A stretch of 20,000 bases of DNA from Vicugna vicugna. Taxonomy: Eukaryota. The position numbers and the translations under genes were made by a program. Of the stretch, positions 9,940-20,000 are shown piece by piece. The DNA is taken from the NCBI GenBank assembly GCA_013265495.1, contig PNXW01001157.1, positions 45,241 to 65,240 on the forward strand, given 5' to 3'. Under the pieces are notes generated by a model. That model was not told where the DNA came from. It saw only the letters and a program-made list of their open reading frames with translations, and did not search any database. Positions within the stretch are counted from its first letter, which is position 1. Each line of letters opens with the position of its first letter.

Positions 9940-10135
9940 TTTTTTTTTCTTTACTTTTTTTATTGAGATGTGTCCATTTCCAGTGTAGAGCACAATTTTT
10001 CAGTTGTACATGAACATACATATATGCATTGTCACATTCTTTTTCACTGTGACCTACCACAAGATACATTTCCCTATGCTATGCAGCAGAATCTTGGTTA
10101 TCTATTCTACAGATGCCTGTCAGTATCTACAAATT
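9940..10135 (-). mobile_element. 5'-truncated LINE-1 3' end, antisense
   Basis: T-rich tail (9940-9961) followed by ttcagttgtaca..tatatgcatt..cacattcttttt..ttccctatgctatgcagcagaatcttggttatctattcta, typical of an artiodactyl L1 3' UTR in reverse. Confidence 0.7.
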
Positions 10136-10286
10136 TGAAAAAATTTTAATTAAATTGTTCAGAGTGCATTTTATCTTATGAGAAAGAAAGGAAAGAAAGA
10201 ATTCTTTAATGAGAACCTTTTTTTTAAAAAAGCATATTTCTTATAACATTTCTAACAAGTAAAAGCCAACAAAGCCGCCTACTTAA

Positions 10287-10433
<147 letters not shown>

Positions 10434-11212
10434 TAAGTTATTATGTAAAAGAGTCCCAACTATTGATTATAATATTCCTGAGCTTTTCAATACAATCTTG
10501 AGAGAACATTTAGCCCTCTCTCTGTGTGGGAGATGGAGTCTGACTTGTGAACTCGTGCTGTACTTTATGTGTTTTTCCAGTGGGGAATGAACCATATACA
10601 CAAAATTAGATGAATTTATTTTCCTACTGAACATTATTCCCTGCTGTAGATTTGCAATGCTCCACTTCAGCACTTGCCTTGCCTTTTCCTTTTGCAGGTC
10701 AATTAGAATTGAAATATCTTTGCGATCACTTGAAGTTGAAATTTCTTGGGATTCTTCACCTTCGTTGAGCCCATAAAAGCCTCTAATCCGGCTAGCCTGT
10801 ATTGAAGAGGCAAACTATTTTACCTTTGGTGGATATAACATCTTACAGAGACCGTGTCACATATGTGTAACATGTTACCATTTGGTTGTTCCACAAATCC
10901 ACCACAAAACTTGAGTCATTTTGTTCTTGGAAAAAAAGAGTACCATTATGGGTGGAGGGGGTAGAACTCAGGGTGGACTGTTGGGGAAGAAAATTTGGAG
11001 GGCTATGGAAAATATAATTTTCATCAAATTTGAAGTGAAAAAATATTCCCACATTGAGCCAGAATCTCTCTTGTAAGAATTTCATAGTAACAGTGTTGCC
11101 ATAAGGTATTTATTAACTCTGACTTGTCTGCTTTGATTTTGAATTATAACATTGTGGATGTATGTCCTTGATGTCCAGTCTCCCACACCAATTTGTTTTC
11201 TATGCTATGATT

Positions 11213-11258
11213 TTCATATATATATATGAATCGTTCATATATATATATATGAACGATT
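11213..11258. repeat. Adjacent perfect AT-core palindromes
   Basis: ttc(at)6gaa at 11213-11230 and aatcgttc(at)7gaacgatt at 11229-11258. Confidence 0.9.
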
Positions 11259-12551
11259 TTGAAATTTACAGAATACTGCCTGGTATGTTTAGATCATGCT
11301 AAATGGCTCTGTAGACTTAGAGAGATACAACATTATTTTGAAATAATCTTTAATCTACTTAATTTATGGGTAAAATTCTTGATTAGATTTTAATATAGTT
11401 TAATCAGTAGATGATATGTCCTTTAAAATGATCTAGTTAGGTGATGTTTTTAAATTTAAAAACAAATATTAAAAGATTCTTGAACATTGTTAAATCATAC
11501 CTCTCAGTTAATTGAGAAAAGAGTAGAACATTAGGAATGTCTTTAGGAAGTCCATTTTCACTAGTGATATGAAGAATTGCTAAATTTTGTCTACCTTGTA
11601 TTTACAGTAGTAACATTTTGTCAGTCTTTTGGTAATCGTGACAGTCTAATCATAGTTCCATGTTTTTTACTGAAATAGTTTATGAGCTGCCAATCATTTG
11701 ACTGCATTACCATCTCTATAAAATAAAACTTAGAATGACTTACTACCCCAAACCCTCACCTACCTTTTGAATCAATTTCTTTGGGCCCCTTTTTGAGACT
11801 AGCATATTTCACCTGCTAGAAGTTAGGTCCCACACATTGTTTCTGATGACGTGACATGCGAGCACCCACTCTGTTCTCATCCTTCCCAAGCCTACTGTAT
11901 GACACTACATGCTAAATATTCAGTATCATAATAACCAGCCTTACTGTCAGTCCTGGAGAACTGAGGGTCAGGCTGACAGGAATGGCTCAGCTATTTTTAA
12001 AATCCCACCAAAACCTCCCCGCTGTTACTGAGGGACTGGCTAGGCAGAAGGCCACCATGTTTTTGAGATGAGTTAAATCAAAGTTTATTAAATTTTGACT
12101 GATTCGCTCCCCACGCATTCATGTATTTGTGTAACTTTCATATGAGACTCTACAGTAATTATCAAGAGGAATGAAATTCATTAATGTTTAGTGAAGTGGG
12201 AAAAGTTTCCTGGTACTAGTCAGATTAAATAGCACCTTGAAGTGATGGACTTCAGTTACCTGACGGTGTTCCTCTTCAGGGCCTACATTTTAGAAAGCAA
12301 GGACAGATAGGTTCCATGAATCAGTAATAGACCCCCCCAAATCTTGGTAGAAAACATAAGAACAAAATATTTTAGCTAATTTAGGTGTCTATTGAACTTG
12401 CTGATATCCAGCTCAAAAAGGAAAGCAGGGCCCACTAAAGGAAATGTTTGCTGTGTTTCTATTATTCATACCAATGCATCAGCTCAGCCTCAGTGTCCGC
12501 CTGTTACCATCTGTAGTCTTTCTCCTCACAATTCTGACTCTTTCCTTGTAG

Positions 12552-12590
12552 GTCTGATGACAGTGACTCTTCTCTGTCGGAGGTACACGG
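12552..12590 (+). pseudogene. KIF21A: KIF21A-like cassette exon (~exon 30), 39 nt, donor lost
   Basis: ttccttgtag|G TCT GAT GAC AGT GAC TCT TCT CTG TCG GAG GTA CAC GG|ggactt = SDDSDSSLSEVH. The donor dinucleotide at 12591-12592 is GG rather than GT. Confidence 0.87.
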
Positions 12591-13246
12591 GGACTTTCTC
12601 TCTTTCCTACTTTATGGCCTTTCAGTGATGTTTTAAAATGCCTTCCTAGAAACTTTAAGCAAGTCTCATTTTTGTTGCATTCATAAATGATAAATGTCAG
12701 TGCACTAATATTTTTAACCATAAATTTTAATATATATTAAATATATTTTTATGATCATAACTCTCAAAGTAGTGGCAGATTTTTTTGTATAATAACATAA
12801 AAAATTGTGCTATTTGTTTTCTGTCTATAACCTAAAAGTTTTCTTTAAAAGAAATTAAGTTCTAAGAAAATTAATTTCCTCAATGAATATTGCCCCCTCA
12901 AAGTGTGGGAGATGAATAAGGTAGTTTTCGTGTTGGTTTATCGATCTTAAATAAGCAGTTTATGGCAGACTTTGTGATGAAAAAAAGATATGCAAAGGGA
13001 AAAATGATACTATGATACCTAAAATATAGAAAGAAATAGAAAGAAAAAGTTTTTAAAAAATAATAAATATTTTAAACTAGTAAATGCTATTTTAGAAATA
13101 ACAATGTTGCATTTTTTTCACATTATGGATTTTTTTGGACCCTTAATTTATTTTTCTTTCTATCATTTCCTCTTTCTACTAATCATTTTGTCTCCTTTCT
13201 CTTTGCACTTTTCCCCATGTTTTATGGCCATTTTCCTGATCATCAG

Positions 13247-13261
13247 TAGATCCTCCAGAAG
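13247..13261 (+). pseudogene. KIF21A: KIF21A-like microexon (~exon 31), 15 or 12 nt via NAGNAG acceptor
   Basis: Long pyrimidine tract, then cag|TAG|ATCCTCCAGAAG|gtaggc, encoding (S)RSSR(R). This is the peptide between SEVH and GIINP in recalled KIF21A. Confidence 0.85.
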
Positions 13262-14539
13262 GTAGGCAGGGGAAGGGAGAGGAAATTAATGTCATTCAAA
13301 GAATTCCAAGATTTTACTGGTTTTGCTTGGAACAAAAATAAGCATTATTTTTTCCTTCAGATTAGATATATTGAGTAAGTTTGCAATATTTAACCTTAAC
13401 TTAAACTATTTTAAAGTTGATTTACATATTTCAAAATGTGAATAGATTAATTTTACTAGAAAAGAAATACCATGGATGTATGTTTCCAATTTCTGTTTCT
13501 TTCTATTATCTTTGATATAAGGTAATCTCTATAAAATATTAACCCTAATATTCTGAATATATGAGAGTGTTTTTCAGTATCTAATGAATAAAATTCTCAA
13601 TTTACTGTTGAAATTGTTTTTCTTCAAAGGTCTGAAAAAATAAAAGACGTAAGAATGAAAAAGAGACATCCTCTAGGGCTGCGCCATACATTAAATCACT
13701 GGAGGCAAATATTTACTTTTGTAATATTACAACCTTTGACATGACAGAATTGTGTTGGATGTTATGTCATGAGGGGAACACTTAATAGACTCTTAGGATA
13801 AAGAGAGTAATCTGAATGAAGGCAATTTTTTGGAGACATAATATTATATAACTGAGGGTGCTGTTTAGTTTTTTCTCCCTTAGGATGACTTGAGTCATTA
13901 AATGCAGATCATGCAGCTCTTAGGCTGTTAACGTGAAGTTTTTTTCTTTATAATCAGCTTCTTAGATTATGCATACATACATACATATTCTGTTTTTGAA
14001 GTAACAGTAGCAGTTGACTGTGTATTAGATCATAGTTTTCAACATGTGAAGCAATAGTTACAATTTGATGGCTTCAGTTCATAGCTTTTAAACCCCACAT
14101 CAGTTAAGATTTTGAAATGGCAGATTCAGACTTTTGAGAAGGTTTTGCTCCCATTTCAGTTCTGGTTAAATTCTTAGATTACCAACAAGTTACTGAGCAT
14201 TAGTTTCAAAAACCTCAAATTGATGCATGTATGCAAATAATACTTTGGATTTTGTCATTACACGTCCATGTGATTACAGTTCCTGGTATTATTTCTAGTA
14301 ATGAGGAACTTCCTTCATTTTTTGAAATCATTATAACTAAACCCTAAAAATAAAGGATTTTTAAAAATCCTGAGCCTAAATTTACTTCCGTTAAATTTCT
14401 GTTCATTGGCCTTTCATCAGCCTTCTTGAGCCATATTAGAATTAATCCAGTACATCTTTTTATAGGTATCTGACAGATCTTTTAAATATTCAGCCATTTA
14501 ACTGTGCTTTTGTATGCTCTCTGTAATGAAAGCTCTCAT

Positions 14540-14760
14540 ATCATCTCAGAAGTTTTAGATTCATCTGTTCCTAATAAGATATAGTCTAGGATCTGCTTCC
14601 ACAGTTTTGGAAAATCTCCCATTTTTCAGAGTTCTTCTTAGAATGTGGCATCCGGAGCTCAACCTCACTCCAGATGTGGCCTCAGCAGAATATAGTAACT
14701 CTCTTGCTTTCTTCTGAAATATTTACCTCTATTGCACAAGTCATTGAAAATGTTGGTAGG
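14540..14760 (-). mobile_element. L3/CR1 LINE fragment
   Basis: ttcttagaatgtggcatccggagctcaacctcactccagatgtggcctcagcagaatatag resembles antisense L3/CR1 sequence. Boundaries approximate. Confidence 0.45.
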
Positions 14761-15779
14761 GGAATCAAAAATTGTTAAGCCACTGATCTCATATCAATAA
14801 ACAAGCTTCTTTAGCTTGTAAATTGAGTTAAGTCCCTTTCCTACTTGGGGCATTCTCTTCTCTCTTCAACTTAAATTTTATGTTTAAATTTTTTCCATTG
14901 AATATTTTAGTGCTAGGTATGTACTTAAATGACCTTTGTTTGTAATTTTTTCTAGGCAGTGCATTGCTTTAATATATCAATTTAATACACAGGCCATGTC
15001 TGTCTTTGTTTCTGAGGACAGATTGACTAGGCATTGAAGGCCTCTTTCCAGACTGGCAGGAACATGGACCCTTTAGGTGTGATTCCTCAACCACTGGTGG
15101 AACTACCTTCCTACAATAGGGTTTTACTTACTTCATCTGCAAGGATATCATTTGAAAAGCTTTTTGTATGGACCTTTTTGGAGTCAACATATGTTGTGAA
15201 TATGACATTCCCCTAATATGCTGCCTGTTAATTCTACAAAGAACTTCCCCATGAGATTAGTGAGCTCATGTTATCTCTTATAGATGAACATCTAAGTGTT
15301 TATAATTATGTAATGTTTTCCTCTGTGAGACTCAACAAGAGTTACCCATCTGTAATCTCTGAAATCCACTATGTTTCTCCTTTCTAGAAAACTGGGTCTA
15401 TGTGTTTTATCCCCTTTATTGATCCTTTTAGTGTCCCAACAATGATTTTGCCTCCACAATGGTGTATACTTTCAAAACCTTGTGACATAATGTTTCAGAA
15501 ACAGAAGTACTGGAACTCATTGAACAAGTCTTCATTATCAGTTCTAACTTATCTTGGGCTTATATTTCTTCTGAATTATCCCTGCCCCTTGCATCATGAA
15601 GGTTGTTCTCACTCATCAAGAAGAAGGAAACAGACAGCTTAGTTTCATGCCTGCACCTGCCCTCATATTATGCCACCTGTCTTAGATGATGGGCATATTT
15701 CAGCATAATTTTTCTTATGCTCTGAGCAAAGTTACATTCATCTTATATACTTATCATGTCTTAATTCACACTCATCTTT

Positions 15780-15915
15780 AGTCTTCCTCTTACATTTATT
15801 TCAGTTCAGATCCTGTCTTAAATTCCTTTAGGATAGGGACAGTGTTTTGATAAACTTTCTATTTCCATAGTTCATAGTCCAATGGCATAAAGCAGAAACT
15901 TCAGAAATATTAAAT
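15780..15915 (+). mobile_element. LINE-2 3' fragment
   Basis: ttcctttaggatagggacagtgttttg..atagtccaatggcataaagcagaaacttcagaaatatt resembles the L2 3' end. Confidence 0.45.
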
Positions 15916-16545
15916 TTATCAGAAAGCTCCCTAAAGAGCCTCACTGTTCTCTTAAAATTTTACTCTTAAAATTTTTTTCTTTTACACTTTTAAGAGTTTT
16001 TAAAGTTTTTGCTATTTTTGAGCCATTCTCCCTTTAGAATTTCTGTCTATGTAAATATTCATATATTTCTTCAAATTGGTTTGAAATTTGCTTTCGTAGT
16101 ATTTTAGGTGGTATGTGTTACGCTTTCTCCAGGATGTATTTTTGGACATAGAATTATATTCTAGCCTGATAGAGAGTCACATCTTCCAGTCAGCCATCAT
16201 TTATACTTTCTTACCTGTCAGAATTCACTATACCTGAACAGCTCCCAATATTACTTCATGAAATTTGAACAAGATGAAATTACTAATAAGAAAATCCGGA
16301 TGCAGCACTGGCTTTGCTCCTTGCAGAAGGCACCTGCTAACTGACACCTGATTAGTCGGTGCACGCCATCACTGCTTTTACTGTTTCACACTGTGTCCCT
16401 TTGCTTAAAAAATGAGACAAGGAGCAGTATGGATTTAATTACTATTACTTGGAAAGACTTCTTAAAGTCAGAGAAAAAAAATTAAAGTAGTTTCATGATA
16501 CAGCTACTGAAGTAAAGCTTTGTTTTTTTTTTTCTCCCAGCTCAG

Positions 16546-16679
16546 AGGCATAATCAACCCACTTCCAGCTTCAAAAGGAATTGGAATGCCCCACTTCGGT
16601 GTGTGCACGTAGCTGAAGGGCACACACAGCTGTGCTCTGTGTGAGGGCTACTGATGCTCTTCTCTTCACTGGATCAAAG
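16546..16679 (+). pseudogene. KIF21A: KIF21A-like exon (~exon 32, start of WD40 domain), frameshifted
   Basis: ctcag|A GGC ATA ATC AAC CCA CTT CCA GCT TCA AAA GGA ATT (GIINPLPASKGI), then PLRCVHVAEGHT and AVLCVRATDALLFTGS in shifted frames. It is 134 nt versus 137 expected; the read-in frame hits TAG at 16610-16612; donor gtactg. Confidence 0.9.
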
Positions 16680-17028
16680 GTACTGGTTGTTGTGTCATGT
16701 GGGTACATAACAGATCTTTTAAAAAATGATTACGTTGAGCTGGTTTTGAAAAAAATGTCAAACTGCTTAAGATTCATAGGAATCTGAGAGATAATCTGGT
16801 TCAATCCCTGAATTATATAAAATACAAAATCACTGCATGGTTGGTAAGAAAGTAAAACCTCTTTTGATGCACTGTGAGTAGAATGGCACGGGGATACATC
16901 TCTCTATGGTAATTGAGCATCTAATGCATGCAAAGCCCTGAGCTTAGTAATGCAGGCTGCGTAAAAATCTATGAAAGGCCATTGCAGAATACAGTGTGAC
17001 AGAGAGAGTAAGGTGGGTAGCGGCCACC

Positions 17029-17258
17029 ATTTCTTGAGCAGTCCCTGTATGTCAGAGGCTGTACTGGACAGTATGCAAATTACATCTCACTTATTTCTCA
17101 CAACAACCCCAATGACGTACATATTGCATCCTCATTTTACAGATGAAAAAATTGAAAATTTAAGAAGTTAAATAATTTCCCCAGCTACACTTAGAAAGTG
17201 GAGGAGCCAGGATTGGAAACCTAGGTCTACTCGTCTCCAAACCTGCACTCTTAACCCC
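17029..17258 (-). mobile_element. MIR SINE, antisense, near full length
   Basis: ttgagca..tatgtcagaggc..tctcacaacaacccc..cctcattttacagatgaaaaaattga..gttaaataatttcccc..gtggaggagccaggattggaaacctaggtct..ctcttaacc. Confidence 0.85.
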
Positions 17259-17494
17259 TTTGGTAAAATGGCAGGCAACTAAAAAAATCAACTATAAATG
17301 ATTGGAAAATTTATAGACTAGGTTTTGGGGTTTCAGAAAAGGGAGAGATTATGCCAAGCTGTAAAAAATAAGGAAAGCTTTGATAAGGAGGTGTTTAAGA
17401 TGAGTCTTACAGGATTGTTGCTATTGACAGGTAAGGACAGGCAACTAAGGTCAGAGAAGAGCAGAAGCAGAGACGTGGAGGCAGATGTGGATTT

Positions 17495-17626
17495 GGGGGG
17501 AGGGGGGTTGTATAGCGCAAGTGGTAGAGCGCGTGCTCAACATACACGATGTCCTGGGTCCAACCTCCAGTACTTCTCCTAAGCAGAAATAAATGAATAA
17601 ATCTAATCCTTAAAAAAAAAAAAAAA
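17495..17626 (+). mobile_element. tRNA-derived SINE resembling camelid Vic-1
   Basis: G-rich head, Pol III A box (tagcgcaagtgg), degenerate B box (gggtccaacc), ccagtact..aaataaat body and A15 tail (17612-17626). Confidence 0.8.
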
Positions 17627-18383
17627 GGAATTTGGAAATTAAATCCTATTGAGTTGAAATGTAGAATATACATGACAATGGGCAATGAGACTAGGAAGGT
17701 GAGAAGGAAGCATGTATAAGAATTTGGGGAGCTAGTTAAAGATTTTTAGCATTTAGGGATGTTCCAAGACTCAGTTTAATCAGAAAAATTTTTGCTCATT
17801 TTCTATGAGGGAAATAAAAGAGTTTAGCTTATGCGTTGTTAATAATTGCAAGCAATTCCCCTATTAAAAAAAATTTACTCTACAAAAACATAATTTTCTA
17901 ATGATTCAAGTTAAATTGATTTCTCCAGTATAATTACACATTCAGCATGTCAGAAAAACAAAATAAAATAGTTTTGTGATTATGTTTTTTGAGTCAAAGA
18001 TAAAATCCATCCATAAGTGACTCCTGGAAAGAAACGTATGTGTATTTATGAGTATGGAGTGTTGTCAGGAGGTAAGAGCAGATTTTGAAATGGCTGATTT
18101 AGGATGGCTGTTTAAAATTCAGGGGCAATTTGGAGCAAGACTCTTTTCACATATCTATTTCAAAATTTTGTGTAATTACTTTTTTAATACCGTGTGATGC
18201 ATCCCTAGCTTTCATCCAATCCTTTACACCTGCTTTGCCCTTGAACCTGTGGCAAGTTAGAAGTTAGGAGTTAGGATGCCTGTTTCAGGTTAATGGAATA
18301 ATTACTGTTTCCTTATCTATTTTTTTCTCATAAAAGTCTAATTTAGTTCATATTGACAGTATTGCCTCTTTTTTTTGTTTTAG

Positions 18384-18564
18384 ATTGTACTTTTAAAGTA
18401 TGGAATCTGGTGACTGGGCAGGAGATAATATCACTGAGGGGTCATCCCATCAATGTCATATCTGTAAAATACTATAATTATACAAGTTTGGCCTTCACAG
18501 CATCAGCATCTTATATTAAGTTGTGGGATATCAGAGACTCAGCAAAGTGCATTCAAGTGCTAAT
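18384..18564 (+). pseudogene. KIF21A: KIF21A-like WD40 exon (~exon 33), open but diverged, 181 nt
   Basis: ttttag|AT TGT ACT TTT AAA GTA TGG ... CTA AT|gtaagt = [60 protein letters not shown]; 13 of 60 residues differ from the recalled human sequence. Overlaps ORF 18353..18568. Confidence 0.93.
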
Positions 18565-19630
18565 GTAAGTAACTTAAAGAGAAGCAGCATAAGGGGCAAA
18601 TAGCCCTTGTTTATAAATATGAGAAAAGATAGGTCTGTGAATGCATTTTTGTTTATTTATACCTGTCTACTTGCAAGTAACATTACAGTGTTTACAGTAA
18701 GAATGCCAATAAAGTAAGGTTTAAAAACCTTTTGAGAAAATAATATATAAAAGCTCAATATTAAACAGGAAGGGAGAAGTCCTATTTGATCTGTGACTAA
18801 GTACACATTTCATATTTCCTCCCTAACCAAAGGAATTAAATTTTCATAGTATTTATTACTTACATAGTTACATGCTTCAAATGAATACCACTCCTTGGAA
18901 AATGGCTCAAATCACCATAGTAGATGGTGAAGAAGTACTTTCAACACTTAATTAGCATGTATTGAGTAACTGAGAGGGTTTTTTTGTTGTTTTGTTTTGT
19001 TTCTTTAGGACTTAACACTGCCTTGGGGTTAGTCCCTATTTTGTAACTTTAGGTTGTGTAGGGTGATTGGAAGATGAGTTTGTTTTCTGTGTTTCTTATC
19101 ATATATGTCTTTAAAATGTAGAGCAGATGATTCTTTTTGTTGTAAGATTGATGAACTGTTCTACATAATTAAAATTAAGGTGAACTCTGTTGGTAGTAAG
19201 AGCAGGGAGCATAGGAGTGGTTAGTTTTTACAAATTTGTAGAGTGGGGTTATTAACATTAAATTCTATTTTGCATTTTGAGAATTACTAATTATTTGCTG
19301 TATTGAATACAAGTCTCTTGAGGGAAATTTTGTAGAAAAAGAACACTGTTATCTTATGTTAGAAATTTACCCATCCAGTTGACTCAGTAAAATCTAATTT
19401 GAAAAGATTGATTATAACTTGATATTTTAGAAGTTTACTGAGAAAATGTTCCCAAATTTAAAAATACATTTGCTGCTTAGAACTTGGCTGAGGAAATAGA
19501 AGTAAGTTATGGTTAAGCAATAGTAACTAATCCATATATGATTGGGTTAAAGTAAACAAAAACTGAAAATAATTTTAAAATTCCTCAGTGTCTTTAACTG
19601 AAAAGGGCAAATCTTACATATGAAAGGAAT

Positions 19631-19987
19631 ATCAGTAGGCTCGCCCCTCAGGGGGCTTCTGGAAACTGCAGAAGAATGAATTACCTTTGTGGCACTGCAT
19701 CACTTGTTGAGTTTTTAAATCATTGTCATCTAATCTTTTCTGAATCATACTGAAGTCATCCTTAACTCAGGACTCAGAATTCCTAGTGTTTAGGAGACTT
19801 GCAAATTAAATCAGTAGGCTCGCCCCTCAGGGGGCTTCTGGAAACTGCAGAAGAATGAATTACCTTTGTGGCACTGCATCACTTGTTGAGTTTTTAAATC
19901 ATTGTCATCTAATCTTTTCTGAATCATACTGAAGTCATCCTTAACTCAGGACTCAGAATTCCTAGTGTTTAAGAGACTTGCAAATTA
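19631..19987. repeat. 179-bp-period tandem duplication, 2 copies
   Basis: atcagtaggctcgcccctcaggggg...gacttgcaaatta starts at 19631 and 19810; I see one mismatch (tttaggagac versus tttaagagac). Confidence 0.95.
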
Positions 19988-20000
19988 GGAGTTTAAAGCC

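Noticed and set aside
17495..17575. tRNA gene
   Set aside because: Degenerate B box, no convincing cloverleaf and a poly(A) tail indicate a SINE.
16900..17760. Interrupted ancient L2 pieces around the MIR and SINE
   Set aside because: Suggestive similarity but too diverged to place boundaries by eye.
19631..19987. CRISPR array or satellite
   Set aside because: Eukaryotic context, only two copies and no spacers.

Overview
Mammalian genomic DNA, probably camelid (tRNA-derived SINE resembling Vic-1). The + strand carries nine consecutive exons of the C-terminal stalk/WD40 region of the kinesin-4 gene KIF21A (roughly exons 25-33), in the normal order with introns. This copy is crippled: frameshifts and stops in three exons, loss of the 5' part of a fourth, two non-GT splice donors, and many substitutions in the WD40 repeats. 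It looks like an unprocessed (duplicated) KIF21A pseudogene. One intron holds an antisense, intronless, disabled retrocopy of TMEM163. Exons 1 and 2 are joined and then run into non-canonical sequence at exactly the exon-2 boundary, suggesting capture of a truncated alternative isoform. The retrocopy still forms a dense CpG island with ETS and GC-box motifs. The rest is intron with a MER21-type LTR, an ERV1-type solo LTR (4-bp TSD, CTCF-like motif), MER103, MIR, L1, L2 and CR1 fragments, a SINE, an AT palindrome and a near-perfect 179-bp tandem duplication. Gene and repeat-family identifications come from my own translation and recalled reference sequences, not from database searches.
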